From Acidimicrobiia bacterium (GTDB lineage Bacteria; Actinomycetota; Acidimicrobiia; IMCC26256; PALSA-555), in contig JBCKKA010000001.1 in NCBI GenBank assembly GCA_038904515.1, forward strand, positions 3,387 through 67,386: a stretch of 64,000 nt of DNA, given 5' to 3'. Below, one piece after another: positions 1 to 10,111 of the stretch. A program made the translations under genes and the position numbers. Under the pieces are notes generated by a model. The model saw only the letters and a list, made by a program, of their open reading frames with translations. It did no database searches and was not told the origin of the DNA. Each line of letters opens with the position of its first letter. Positions within the stretch are counted from its first letter, which is position 1.

Positions 1-127
1 TACGACTTCTTCAGCCGCCACTTCGGCTACGACTTCTTCGGCTACGACTTCTTCAGCCGCCACTTCGGCTACGACTTCTTCAGCCGCCACTTCGGCTACA
101 ACTTCTTCAGCCACTTCTTCAGCCGTT
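1..127 (-). repeat. In-frame coding tandem repeat in the S16 C-terminal tail (27-nt and 15-nt units).
   Basis: tacgacttcttcagccgccacttcggc occurs at 1-27, 43-69 and 70-96. A shortened 15-nt copy lies at 28-42 and a degenerate copy from 97. On the minus strand these encode AEEVVAEVA-type repeats. Confidence 0.9.
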
Positions 128-505
128 TCTTTCTTAACGGCCGGTGCCGCGACTCCTGGTTCGGGGCGTTTTTTAGTTTTGGTCGTTACCGCGCGGCCAG
201 TAGAAAAACCTCGGCGATTCAATTTAGTGTCGACGGGTCCCGACTTCTCCGACAAGAACTCAGCCCAAACTCCCGATACGGTGAGCAACTTTTGTACCGA
301 CTCAGTCGGCTTAGCGCCTTTGCGCAACCAATCAAGGGCGCGATCACTTTTTATTTCGAGGTGGGACGGATCCTGACGAGGACCGTAGTTACCAATTGTT
401 TCGAGAATGCGGCCGTCGCGCGCTTGGCGCTCATCGGCAACAACCACTCGGTAGGAAGGTTGCTTGCGCTTTCCTACTCGCATTAGACGAATTTTTACGG
501 ACACA
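1..505 (-). CDS. rpsP: 30S ribosomal protein S16. The N-terminal part is in the window; a repeat-rich C-terminal extension runs off the window start.
   Basis: Manual minus-strand translation from GTG at 505 (GGAGA 3 nt upstream) gives MSVKIRLMRVGKRKQPSYRVVVADERQARDGRILETIGNYGPRQDPSHLEIKSDRALDWLRKGAKPTESV... This continues without a stop to position 1. It lies directly downstream of ffh, which is the usual position. It is absent from the ORF track because it is truncated. Confidence 0.85.
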
Positions 506-550
506 CATCTCCTTGATCGGAACCCTTTATATTAGCGGGACGGAACCCAA

Positions 551-1921
551 TCATGCACTTGGGGGCCGCGGAAGATTTATTCCGGTCATATCGATCCCCT
601 TACCCCGCCGGCCTTTACCCCCTTTGTGTCTCGACTTGGGCTGCTGCATTTGGCGCATCATCTGACGCATCATCGTGAATTGCTTGAGTAAGCCATTGAC
701 CGCTTGTGTAGTCGTCCCGCTGCCCATCGCGATTCGCCGTCGGCGCTGACCATTGATTATTGAGGGATCTTGGCGCTCAGCAGGAGTCATCGAAAAAATA
801 ATTGCCTCAATACTTCCGAGCTGGTCTTCATCAACTTCGGCTTGGCGTAATTCTTTAGGGACGCCGGGCAACATTCCCATAATGCTCGATAGCGGACCCA
901 TCTTGCGCACTTGCTGCATCTGTTCGAGAAAATCTTCGAGAGTAAACAAACCTTCAGCCATACGCTCTTGAGCGCGAGCCGTAGTCTCGGCGTCAAACGC
1001 GGCTTCGGCTTTTTCGATCAGAGTCAGCGCGTCACCCATGCCCAAAATTCGGCTAGCCATGCGGTCGGGGTGGAATGCTTCAAAATCGTTAGTAGTTTCA
1101 CCGATGCCGGCAAAAAGAATAGGTAATCCAGTTACTTCCTTGACTGATAGCGCCGCGCCACCACGGGCATCGCCGTCAAGTTTGGTTAGCACTAATCCAG
1201 TAAGGGGCACTTGGGCGTGAAATGTCTCGGCAACATCTACCGCAGCCTGACCGGTCATCGAATCAAGAACGAGCAAAATATCGTCGGGCTTCACCGCGGC
1301 GCACAAACGATTCAATTCTTCCATGAGATCGATATCGATCTGAAGCCGACCCGCGGTATCGATAATCACCACATTGCGACCAAGTCGTTCGGCTTCACGA
1401 CAACCTTGAGTGGCGACGGTTTCGGGGGTGGCGTCGGCCGTGAATACGGGAATCCCGATCGACTCTCCCAATACTTGTAATTGCTCAACCGCCGCGGGCC
1501 TTTGCCGATCGGCGGCTACAAGTAACACTCGCTTGTTGTCGTGTTTTTCGAGGTGGTGCGCCAACTTGGCCGCGGCAGTAGTTTTACCCGCGCCCTGTAA
1601 CCCGGCCAAAACTATCACCGAGGGCGGCTTGGGCGCGACTGTTAATTGTCCCGTTGCGCCACCGAGAGTGACCACTAATTCTTCGTGAACAATTTTTATT
1701 ACTTGCTGCGCAGGGCTAAGACTCTGCGCGACCTCGGAACCGGTAGCCCGCTCTTTTATTCGAGCGACAAAATCTTTTACAACCCGAACATTTACATCGG
1801 CTTCGAGTAAGGCGCGTCGAATCTCGCGGGCGACCTCTTCAACATCGTTATCACTGAGTTTTCCCCGTGACCGCAGTCGGCGAAATATTCCGTCGAAACG
1901 ATCGGATAAAGCATCGAACAC
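551..1921 (-). CDS. ffh: Signal recognition particle protein Ffh
   Basis: 456-aa ORF. SRP GTPase motifs GLQGAGKTT, DTAGR and TKLDGDARGG, with a Met-rich M domain (MMRQMMRQMQ). Confidence 0.97.
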   Translation of the reverse strand: MFDALSDRFDGIFRRLRSRGKLSDNDVEEVAREIRRALLEADVNVRVVKDFVARIKERATGSEVAQSLSPAQQVIKIVHEELVVTLGGATGQLTVAPKPPSVIVLAGLQGAGKTTAAAKLAHHLEKHDNKRVLLVAADRQRPAAVEQLQVLGESIGIPVFTADATPETVATQGCREAERLGRNVVIIDTAGRLQIDIDLMEELNRLCAAVKPDDILLVLDSMTGQAAVDVAETFHAQVPLTGLVLTKLDGDARGGAALSVKEVTGLPILFAGIGETTNDFEAFHPDRMASRILGMGDALTLIEKAEAAFDAETTARAQERMAEGLFTLEDFLEQMQQVRKMGPLSSIMGMLPGVPKELRQAEVDEDQLGSIEAIIFSMTPAERQDPSIINGQRRRRIAMGSGTTTQAVNGLLKQFTMMRQMMRQMQQPKSRHKGGKGRRGKGIDMTGINLPRPPSA

Positions 1922-1966
1922 TCATTACCTCCTGTACTGCAGAGGATACCGTTCGGATGGATCGAT

Positions 1967-2893
1967 TTATTCGACGAGCGCGGCCGCGAACTCTTCGGGG
2001 TCGAATACCACTAAATCTTCCACTGATTCACCGATACCAAGCAGTTTCACCGGAACTCCCAGCTCGGACTCAATCGCGAGGACGATCCCGCCCTTGGCGG
2101 TACCGTCGACTTTAGTCAGAACTACCCCGGTTACCCCCGCACTAGCAACGAACTCGCGCGCTTGCGCTAATCCGTTTTGACCGGTGGTGGCATCAAGCAC
2201 CAACAGCACTTCGCTCAGCGGCGCCGCGGTGCGCTGGACGACTCGGCTCACCTTGGCTAGTTCTTCCATCAGATTTTTCTTGTTGTGGAGACGGCCAGCA
2301 GTATCGACTATTACTAAATCAAAGTGGCGAGCAAGCGCCGACTGCGCCGCGTCAAACGCCACTGCACCCGGATCACCGCGGTCTTGACCGCGCACAACTT
2401 CGATTCCTAGTTGTTCCCCCCAAATACTCAATTGTTCGGCTGCCGCGGCCCGAAATGTATCGGCTGCGGCCAGTAGCACCGTTCGTCCGGCCGCCTGCTC
2501 TCTAGCCGCCAGTTTTGCCGTAGTAGTGGTTTTACCAACTCCGTTAACACCCACGAGCAACCAAACATTGGTAGTACCGGTTGAAAAATTGAGCGAACGA
2601 TCGGAAGCGTTCGCTCGTAGCCGATCGGTGATTGCCTGAGCCAACACTTCGCTAATTCCGTCAGCCAACGAATCCTTGCTAATACCCGCCCGCACTGAAT
2701 CTAAAAGATCCGCCGTAGTAGCGGGACCAACATCAGCGAGGAGCAAGGTTTCTTCTAACTCATCCCAAACTTCGTCATCAATTTTACGCGCGCGCCACCG
2801 CCGGCGCATTTCTGAAAACGGGGCTCGACTCTTAGAGAAGCGATCGCGCAAGCCAAAATGCCGAGGCGTCAAAGATTCAATCTCATCAGTCAT
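1967..2893 (-). CDS. ftsY: SRP receptor FtsY
   Basis: 308-aa ORF with motifs GVNGVGKTTT, DTAGRLH and TKVDGTAKGG. Adjacent to ffh. Confidence 0.95.
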   Translation of the reverse strand: MTDEIESLTPRHFGLRDRFSKSRAPFSEMRRRWRARKIDDEVWDELEETLLLADVGPATTADLLDSVRAGISKDSLADGISEVLAQAITDRLRANASDRSLNFSTGTTNVWLLVGVNGVGKTTTTAKLAAREQAAGRTVLLAAADTFRAAAAEQLSIWGEQLGIEVVRGQDRGDPGAVAFDAAQSALARHFDLVIVDTAGRLHNKKNLMEELAKVSRVVQRTAAPLSEVLLVLDATTGQNGLAQAREFVASAGVTGVVLTKVDGTAKGGIVLAIESELGVPVKLLGIGESVEDLVVFDPEEFAAALVE

Positions 2894-2904
2894 CGCGAAT
2901 TAAT

Positions 2905-3021
2905 TCACTCTTGTTCCGGCGATTTCGAATCACGCCGGCTAATGATTCTTGGGATCACGATAAGCAGTGCGGCCAGTACGAGTATTCCCGCCAGCAGCAG
3001 ACCTTCGGTGTTATCGAGCAT
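2905..3021 (-). CDS. Possible 38-aa single-pass membrane peptide (speculative)
   Basis: Manual translation gives MLDNTEGLLLAGILVLAALLIVIPRIISRRDSKSPEQE*. The ATG lies 9 nt after the MscS stop. There is no clear Shine-Dalgarno sequence. A hydrophobic core is followed by a basic tail. Confidence 0.2.
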   Translation of the reverse strand: MLDNTEGLLLAGILVLAALLIVIPRIISRRDSKSPEQE

Positions 3022-3029
3022 GCCCAAAA

Positions 3030-4064
3030 CTACCGGCCGTCGGCTTCGCCTTCCGGAGCACTAGACCGATCGTGGTGCACCGACGGGTTGGTGGTGACCG
3101 CAGATCCACTACCGGGAGATAGCGGTTGGCCAACAAGCGGAAGGCCGGCCCCACGACAGGCCTCAACAATACGAGCACGCAGTTCTCGGGCTACCGCCCA
3201 CTGCTCAAGCGGAACCGTTTTGACCACCAAACGAATTTTCATCGATACCTCGCTCAGCTCTTGTACGCCCCAAACTTCAGGCTGATCCAGCAACCGTTTG
3301 GCCCAATTTTTTTCACTCATTATTTTGGCGCCAACATCTTCTAGTAAAGAAATTGCTGCGCCAGGATCGACTACCGGCAAAAATTCAACATCAAGTAGCG
3401 CGCGCGACCATTCTTTCGAGCGATTGCCGACTTCAGTAATACTGCCATTAGGAATCCACCACACCACTCCCTCGACATCACGAATACGGGTGACTCGCAA
3501 ACTCATTGACTCGACTTTTCCGCTGGCCTCACCAACTTCAATTACATCGCCGACACCGAACTGATCTTCCATCAAAATAAATAGCCCACCAAAAAAGTCT
3601 TTGATTACCTGTTGAGCGCCAATCCCGATGATTATGCTGATTGCGCTCACTGCCACGAATACCGATCCCACGTTGTAACCAAGCTGATCAATAAATACAA
3701 AACTGGCAAGGATCCATATGGCGATGGTGGCAACATTTTGCAACGAGACCGTAAGGGTGGCGAAGCGTCCGATGCGGCGTTCATTCTCTAAGTTGGTTGG
3801 TACAGGGATATCTTCCTGTTGGCGAAAAGCCGACCCTCGGTCAGAATCACGCACACGGCGTAACGATCGAGCGATAATTCGGCGAGTTATCCACGCCACG
3901 ATGACCGCAATAACTACTACCAATACGAGCCGAAGCGGGATAGAGATCGCGTCGGCGATCTTGCTTAAATCTTCATTGCCGGTGATTTGGTACACAGCCT
4001 CACAAACCCAACCCCGTTGACCGGAGGCACCACAAGCGTCGGTCAGCGATCCCAACAGAATCAT
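3030..4064 (-). CDS. Small-conductance mechanosensitive channel (MscS family)
   Basis: 344-aa ORF. N-terminal TM helices precede an MscS beta-domain signature, GDVIEVGEASGKVESMSLRVTRIRDVEGVVWWIPNGSI. Confidence 0.85.
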   Translation of the reverse strand: MILLGSLTDACGASGQRGWVCEAVYQITGNEDLSKIADAISIPLRLVLVVVIAVIVAWITRRIIARSLRRVRDSDRGSAFRQQEDIPVPTNLENERRIGRFATLTVSLQNVATIAIWILASFVFIDQLGYNVGSVFVAVSAISIIIGIGAQQVIKDFFGGLFILMEDQFGVGDVIEVGEASGKVESMSLRVTRIRDVEGVVWWIPNGSITEVGNRSKEWSRALLDVEFLPVVDPGAAISLLEDVGAKIMSEKNWAKRLLDQPEVWGVQELSEVSMKIRLVVKTVPLEQWAVARELRARIVEACRGAGLPLVGQPLSPGSGSAVTTNPSVHHDRSSAPEGEADGR

Positions 4065-4065
4065 T

Positions 4066-6969
4066 TTAAGAAGTCACTACATCGGAAACGCGTTGGCTAA
4101 CAATACGAGTCGAATCACCTGGAGCCATCGATACGCCGTAAAGAACGCTTCCTGCTTCCATCGTTCGTTTCTGGTGAGTAACGATTACCAATTGGGCTTC
4201 TTCACGAAATTCCTGCACAAGATCTAAAAAGCGGTGAAGGTTCACATCGTCGAGCGCAGCTTCTACTTCGTCGAGTAGATAAAACGGAGAAGGACGAGCT
4301 CTAAACACCGAAAATAAGAACGCGATCGCAGTTAGCGATCGTTCACCACCCGAGAGCAGGGAAAGCCGACGAACATTCTTTCCCGACGGCCGCGCGTCGA
4401 TCTCGATTCCGGTATTAAGAAGATCGTCGGGATTTATCAGCGACAGTTTGCCGGTGCCGCCGGGAAAGAGAAGCGCGAATGTGATATTAAAATGTTCGGC
4501 AACGTCAGCAAACGCTGATTGAAAGATGGAAATGATTTCGTTGTTAACCATACGAATAACTTGATTTAATTCTTTGCGCGACGAGCGCACATCTTCGATC
4601 TGCGACTGCAAGAACTCGACTCTTTCGCCCAAACTCCCGTACTCGGCCAGGGCGAGAGGATTTATGGGGCCCATCAATCGCAAATCCCGCTCCAGCTCTC
4701 GCGCCCGACCAGCCAAAGTTGTTCCTTCAGGGGTTTCGGGAGCCGGAGCATCAAGAGCAACCGATGGTTCTACATCAAATTGAGTGCGCAACAACTCAAC
4801 TTCGTTTTCAAGTTTGATGCGCGATTCGGCATCGGCCACATTGGCTTGCGCCATCCGCTCACGAACTTCTAATAGTTCGCGCTCAAGCTGACCGCGCTCT
4901 TTACGCAATCCTTCTAATTGGTCGGTCGAGGCGCGCGCGGTTTCGGTTTCACGCTGGCGCCGCGATCGCAGCCGCTCGTGCAACTGTTTGACTGCCTCGG
5001 CATGATTACCTAAACGCTCGATAATGCCGCTGAGATCGTTATCTCGGTCGAGGATTACCCGCCGTCGGCGTTCCGCGTCGGCCTGCTGGGCCGGATCGCG
5101 TGCAGCCAAACGGGCCTCTACTTCATCAAGCCGATCTTGCAGAACCATCCGGCGTTCTTGGGCCGCGGCCCGATGAACTTCATCGGCGCGAGCTGCCCCA
5201 AGCGTTGCTCGGGCGTTTTCTACTAATCGACTCGCCTCGGCACGGGTAACTTCGGCAGCTACCGCTAGGCGCTGGGCTTCATCGACCATCGCTTGCGTTA
5301 CCGAACTCGCTTGTGCCCCACCGATATTCCAAACACCGATGCCGCCCAGTCGATCACCATCGGGAGTTACGGCAACCAAATCGGGGTTACTGGTTACAAC
5401 ATCAAGAGCAATTCGCCAATCAGCAACCAGAACAGTCCGAGAAAGAAGTCGGGCCAAAGTTTCTCCGATACCAGGAACCGTCGAACTGACTACTTCAGTT
5501 AGCAGTCGCGCACCGGCCGGAATAGTGGCGGCCGAAAACGGAGTGGTGCGCGCCGCGTCTACTACCAAGACCATTCCCCGCCCGTCGTCTTGACGAAGTG
5601 CTTCAATTGCTCGGCGCGTCGACTCACCTTTTTGCACCACCGTGGCTCGCAGAGCCTCTCCTAATGCACACGCCACTGCGGTTTCGGCCCCGGACTCAAT
5701 TTCAAGGTGATCAAGCAACGGCCCTAAAACTCCATCAATATTTGCCAGAGCAGCCGCCGCTTCACTATTCCCCGCTATTCGTAATTGCTGCTCAAGCGCG
5801 TCAGCGCGCGCACGCGTGCGAGCACCTTCACCTTCGGCGGCTCGCCACTCCGATTCAGTATCGCTAAGAACCGACGCGGCGGTTTCGGGATCAAGTATCG
5901 CCCGAGTGCCGGGTAGCGAAGATTCTTCAACCGCTACTTCAAGGCCGGCCAATTCGTCGCGCAGAGCTACCGCGTCGGCAATAAGAGTCCCGACTACGCC
6001 TTCGTCGGCCGCGGCATCGAGATCGCGATTTGCGCCGCGGCGTTTTTCTTCCACCAGCGCGGTCAGACCGCGACTGCGCTCACGCAACGCTTCGACGCGG
6101 ACCATCCAATCGGCCAAACCTTCTTCACCGAGCACCGTCAATGAGTGTTCAACATCAAGAACCGAAGTGTCGAGTGAACTGAGTCGAGTTTTTAGTTCAC
6201 CTTCGCGACGCTCGTGCTCACTCGTTTCGTCGCGTAAACGCTCAAGACGAGTTTGATAACCGGCAATCTGGTGACCAGAAAGATACAACTTGATTGCCCG
6301 TAATTCATCAACAACTGAATCGTGCCGACGAGCAGCTTCCGCTTGGCGTTCGAGGGGGGCGAGTTGGCGTTTGGCTTCTCGCAATAAATCGCCAAGCCGT
6401 AAAAGATTCCCTTCGCTGGCAACCAGCCGACGCTCGGCCCGCTCTTTACGACGCCGATACTTGAGCACTCCGGCTGCTTCTTCGATAATCGCGCGGCGTT
6501 GTTCGGGCGATGCGTTGAGGATTGTGTCGAGTTGTCCCTGACCGACAATAACGTGTTGTTCCCGACCAATGCCTGAGTCGGATAGCAGCTCTTGTACATC
6601 GAGAAGCCGGACTGCGGCACCGTTGATCTGGTATTCCGAATCTCCGTTGCGAAATAATGTTCGGGTAATAGTTACTTCAGTAAAGTCGATAGGTAATATT
6701 CCGGCTGCGTTATCGATAGTGAGTGACACTTCGGCTCGTCCTAAAGCCGGACGCTTAGCAGTGCCCGCAAATATGACATCGTCCATCTTGGCGCCTCGCA
6801 AAGTTCGGGGTCCTTGCGCGCCTAACACCCAAGCCACCGCGTCGACCAAGTTAGATTTTCCCGAACCGTTGGGGCCCACAATTACGGTAACGCCCGGTTC
6901 GAAAACCAACTCGGTCTTTTCCGCAAAAGACTTGAAGCCTTTAAGCGTCAACGACTTCAAAAACACCAA
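4066..6969 (-). CDS. smc: Chromosome partition protein Smc
   Basis: 967-aa ORF. Walker A GPNGSGKSN, long coiled-coil arms, ABC signature LSGGERSL and Walker B FYLLDEVEAALD. Confidence 0.97.
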   Translation of the reverse strand: MVFLKSLTLKGFKSFAEKTELVFEPGVTVIVGPNGSGKSNLVDAVAWVLGAQGPRTLRGAKMDDVIFAGTAKRPALGRAEVSLTIDNAAGILPIDFTEVTITRTLFRNGDSEYQINGAAVRLLDVQELLSDSGIGREQHVIVGQGQLDTILNASPEQRRAIIEEAAGVLKYRRRKERAERRLVASEGNLLRLGDLLREAKRQLAPLERQAEAARRHDSVVDELRAIKLYLSGHQIAGYQTRLERLRDETSEHERREGELKTRLSSLDTSVLDVEHSLTVLGEEGLADWMVRVEALRERSRGLTALVEEKRRGANRDLDAAADEGVVGTLIADAVALRDELAGLEVAVEESSLPGTRAILDPETAASVLSDTESEWRAAEGEGARTRARADALEQQLRIAGNSEAAAALANIDGVLGPLLDHLEIESGAETAVACALGEALRATVVQKGESTRRAIEALRQDDGRGMVLVVDAARTTPFSAATIPAGARLLTEVVSSTVPGIGETLARLLSRTVLVADWRIALDVVTSNPDLVAVTPDGDRLGGIGVWNIGGAQASSVTQAMVDEAQRLAVAAEVTRAEASRLVENARATLGAARADEVHRAAAQERRMVLQDRLDEVEARLAARDPAQQADAERRRRVILDRDNDLSGIIERLGNHAEAVKQLHERLRSRRQRETETARASTDQLEGLRKERGQLERELLEVRERMAQANVADAESRIKLENEVELLRTQFDVEPSVALDAPAPETPEGTTLAGRARELERDLRLMGPINPLALAEYGSLGERVEFLQSQIEDVRSSRKELNQVIRMVNNEIISIFQSAFADVAEHFNITFALLFPGGTGKLSLINPDDLLNTGIEIDARPSGKNVRRLSLLSGGERSLTAIAFLFSVFRARPSPFYLLDEVEAALDDVNLHRFLDLVQEFREEAQLVIVTHQKRTMEAGSVLYGVSMAPGDSTRIVSQRVSDVVTS

Positions 6970-7059
6970 TTACCCCCGTAGCCAATCGAGATCGGGACTC
7001 CAACCCCTCTACTCGGATGGTAGTAAGAGCACCGCTGGCAATCGCGGACGGTTAGCCGG

Positions 7060-7896
7060 TCAGACTTGACAGGAGGCGCAGAAATACGTTGAGCGACCGC
7101 CAACCCGTTCTCGCACAATTGGCTGCCGGCACCGGGGGCAGGGCTGGCCCTCGTGGTCATAAACATTATGAAAGGTCTGGTATTCCCCCAACTTTCCGAA
7201 TAAATCGACATACTGCTCGTCGGCCAGCGACGATCCCCGAAATTTGACTGCCTCCTGAAGCACCTCAATCAACGACCGATAGAGCCGGCGGATTTCTTGC
7301 GACTGGAGCGAATCGCTCATTCGATCCCAGCGCAAACCCGCGCCCCAGAGGATCTCGTCGCTATAAACATTTCCTATGCCGGCAATGAATTTTTGGTCCA
7401 TTAGCAGCGGCTTCAATTTGGCTCGCTTCGTTACCACTAATGCCCCAAACTCGTCCCAAGAGATGGGGTGGTCGTAAGGATCGATTCCTAGATGCGCGAG
7501 TTCCTTAATCTTGTCGATCGAATCAATTTCGGTAACAAACATCTCACCAAAAGTGCGGGGATCAACAAAACGCAACTGCCCGCCCTTCTGGAAAGTAATC
7601 ACGATATGGGTATGTTTCATTTTTGCTTCTCGAGCAGTTTTGGCCCGCCGCAATTGACCCGACATTCCTAGATGGATTACCAACACCTCGCTGCCATCAA
7701 GGCGACAAAGCAAATACTTGCCGCGACGATCGACCCCCGCGATCTTTCGACCCTGTAAGCGGTCGATGAATTCTTTTTTATTCTTATGGCGTCTAACCGA
7801 TCGAGGAGCCTCGACTTCTACGATCTTTATACTGCGACCAGTAATGTCGCGCTCCAAATCTCGACGCAGCACTTCTATTTCTGGTAGTTCAGGCAT
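7060..7896 (-). CDS. mutM: Formamidopyrimidine-DNA glycosylase
   Basis: The N-terminus MPELPEIE carries the catalytic Pro2. The C-terminal zinc finger is CPRCRQPIV...FCASCQ. Confidence 0.93.
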   Translation of the reverse strand: MPELPEIEVLRRDLERDITGRSIKIVEVEAPRSVRRHKNKKEFIDRLQGRKIAGVDRRGKYLLCRLDGSEVLVIHLGMSGQLRRAKTAREAKMKHTHIVITFQKGGQLRFVDPRTFGEMFVTEIDSIDKIKELAHLGIDPYDHPISWDEFGALVVTKRAKLKPLLMDQKFIAGIGNVYSDEILWGAGLRWDRMSDSLQSQEIRRLYRSLIEVLQEAVKFRGSSLADEQYVDLFGKLGEYQTFHNVYDHEGQPCPRCRQPIVRERVGGRSTYFCASCQV

Positions 7897-8617
7897 CAGT
7901 TTCCTCTTTTTGGAATTCGGATGAAGTACTTAGTTCTTCATTTAGGGCCGCTAAGGCAACTTCGGCCGCGGCCTGTTCCGCTTGTTTTTTTGAAGTTCCT
8001 TCTCCGGTTCCCCAAGGTTTTCCGGCGATCAAAACCGACGCGAAAAAATGTTTAGAGTGGTCGGGGCCATCGGCATCAACTCGATATCGCGGTAACTGCT
8101 CCAACCTCTGGGCCGCCAATTCTTCGAGCCGAGTCTTGAAGTCAGATCCTCCTGGCCCCGTCGAGAAATCGTGGATTCGATCGCCCAGAAGATTAAGTAC
8201 TACTCGTTCGGCCGCTTCCCAACCGCCATCGAAATAAACCGCGGCCAACAGCGCCTCGAGCGCGTCAGCCAAAATGGAAGGCTTTTCGCGGCCACCCGAA
8301 ATATCTTCTCCCTTGCCTAAACGCAGTGCCGCGCCAAGATCAATTTCGTTAGCAACCTCAGCCAACACATCGGCTTTTACCACCGATGCCCGCAGTTTAG
8401 AAAGTTCTCCTTCCGACAACTCGGGGTAAGTGTTGAAAATGTAAGTAGTAACAGAAAGCCCTAAAACTGAATCGCCAAGAAACTCAAGTCTTTCGTTTGA
8501 CTCAGTATCAGGGTTCTCGGCACAGAACGAACGGTGAATCATTGCGTTGGTTAAAAATTCGACATTAGTGAATTCATAACTGATTGCGATTTGCAACCGC
8601 ATACGAGCGTCTTCCAT
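7889..8617 (-). CDS. rnc: Ribonuclease III
   Basis: RNase III signature ERLEFLGDSVL plus a C-terminal dsRBD. Overlaps the mutM start by 8 nt. Confidence 0.95.
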   Translation of the reverse strand: MEDARMRLQIAISYEFTNVEFLTNAMIHRSFCAENPDTESNERLEFLGDSVLGLSVTTYIFNTYPELSEGELSKLRASVVKADVLAEVANEIDLGAALRLGKGEDISGGREKPSILADALEALLAAVYFDGGWEAAERVVLNLLGDRIHDFSTGPGGSDFKTRLEELAAQRLEQLPRYRVDADGPDHSKHFFASVLIAGKPWGTGEGTSKKQAEQAAAEVALAALNEELSTSSEFQKEETDA

Positions 8618-8619
8618 CG

Positions 8620-8928
8620 CTAAACCTGATCGCCGATACTCGAAAGTCGCGCCATTACATAGTCAACGGCATCTCCCACCGTTTCGAGATCAACCAAGTC
8701 TTCATCATTAATTTGAAACCCAACGGTGCGCTCGCTCAGCTCAGTTTCTAATGCTTCTACGAGTTCGATAAGAGCAATGGAATCGGCTTCAAGGTCCTCA
8801 CGAAACCGCGACGGTATCGTAATGAGCTGCTCGTCAATTTCTAGTATCTCGGCCAAACGCTCCTGAATTATCCGTAATACTTCTTCGGGAGTGAGAGGTT
8901 GACCCGACACGTGCGTCTCAGCCGGCAT
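8620..8928 (-). CDS. Acyl carrier protein-like (phosphopantetheine-binding) protein
   Basis: Carrier-protein helix II motif LEADSIALIELVEALE, with Ser as the presumed attachment site. I prefer the ATG at 8928 (MPAETHV...) over the longest ORF start at 8973. This gives an 11-nt overlap with the plsX stop. Confidence 0.7.
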   Translation of the reverse strand: MPAETHVSGQPLTPEEVLRIIQERLAEILEIDEQLITIPSRFREDLEADSIALIELVEALETELSERTVGFQINDEDLVDLETVGDAVDYVMARLSSIGDQV

Positions 8929-9919
8929 TAGCAACCGCCATTTGCATATGTCCAACAACATCGCTCTGGACACACTCGTGGGCGACTTGCACCGCGCTAA
9001 CTATCGCCCGAGCCGACGACGATCCGTGCGAAATGATGGTCACACCTTTGACTCCCAACAACAACGCGCCACCAGTAAAATCGGGGTCGTAAGCTTCGGT
9101 TGCTTTAAGTAAGTGCGGAAGAATTACTTGCCCCGCGGCTCGAGTTTCGTCGTTGGTTTCAAATACTCCAAAGACCATCTTTGCTAATGACCGCAAAGCG
9201 CTCTCAAGAGATTTTAAAGCGACATTTCCCGTAAAACCGTCGGTGACGATTACATCAACCCGATCGGATTTCATAAGATCGCTACCTTCAACATTTCCTA
9301 CAAAACTGGGTATCGCGGCTTTGAGTAGCGGGTAAGTCTTTTTTCGCAATTCGTCGCCTTTGCCTTCCTCGGAGCCCAGCGAAAGCAGCCCCACTCTGGG
9401 CTCTGAAAGTCCCCACCGTGAGCGCGAATACTCACAACCCATGATTGCGGTCTGCACGAGACGCTCGGGTGACGGATCAAGAATTGCCCCCGCGTCTACC
9501 AGAATTTGTGAATGAGAATTGAGAACCGGAATCGGTACAGCAATGGCGGGGCTAGGAACCGCTTTAAAACGTCCAAGCCGTAACACTGCTGCGGCGGTAG
9601 CGGCACCAGTATTTCCGGCACTTATCACCGCGTTAGCCTTGCCTTCTTTAACTAAATTCATCGCGACTACAAGCGAAGATTTTTTTTTGCTGCGCACCGC
9701 GGCAATAGGATCTTCACCCATTTCAATTTCTTCTTCGGCCTCAACAAACGCAACCCCCGTTGGCAAGTTGCCCTTGGGCAAAAAAGATTCAACCGCTTTA
9801 AATTGCCCAACTAGAACTACTTCAGCATCGGTTTCTTTCACCGCGAGCAGCGCTCCGGCAACTATTTCCTTGGGAGCGTGGTCACCCCCCATCGCGTCAA
9901 CCGCGACCAGCGTGCGCAA
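8918..9919 (-). CDS. plsX: Phosphate acyltransferase PlsX
   Basis: 333-aa ORF. N-terminal VDAMGGDHAP motif. Conserved position downstream of rpmF. Confidence 0.93.
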   Translation of the reverse strand: MRTLVAVDAMGGDHAPKEIVAGALLAVKETDAEVVLVGQFKAVESFLPKGNLPTGVAFVEAEEEIEMGEDPIAAVRSKKKSSLVVAMNLVKEGKANAVISAGNTGAATAAAVLRLGRFKAVPSPAIAVPIPVLNSHSQILVDAGAILDPSPERLVQTAIMGCEYSRSRWGLSEPRVGLLSLGSEEGKGDELRKKTYPLLKAAIPSFVGNVEGSDLMKSDRVDVIVTDGFTGNVALKSLESALRSLAKMVFGVFETNDETRAAGQVILPHLLKATEAYDPDFTGGALLLGVKGVTIISHGSSSARAIVSAVQVAHECVQSDVVGHMQMAVANAG

Positions 9920-9931
9920 CGGAGACGAACC

Positions 9932-10111
9932 TCAGTCGACCGAAATGGCCACGCGGCCTTTATACCAACCACAATTGACACAAACGATGTGTGGAGTTTT
10001 TGCCGTGCCACAGTGTGGACATACCGACTTGGGTGCCGGCTTGATGCTGCGATTAGCCGAACGACGGCTGTGCGTTTTAGATCGTGATGTTTTGCGCTTT
10101 GGAACGGCCAC
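9932..10111 (-). CDS. rpmF: 50S ribosomal protein L32
   Basis: Manual translation from GTG at 10111 (AGGAG 5 nt upstream) gives (M)AVPKRKTSRSKTHSRRSANRSIKPAPKSVCPHCGTAKTPHIVCVNCGWYKGRVAISVD*. That is 59 aa with CxxC...CxxC. It falls just under the apparent ~60-aa floor of the ORF track, which is presumably why it is not listed. Confidence 0.95.
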   Translation of the reverse strand: MAVPKRKTSRSKTHSRRSANRSIKPAPKSVCPHCGTAKTPHIVCVNCGWYKGRVAISVD

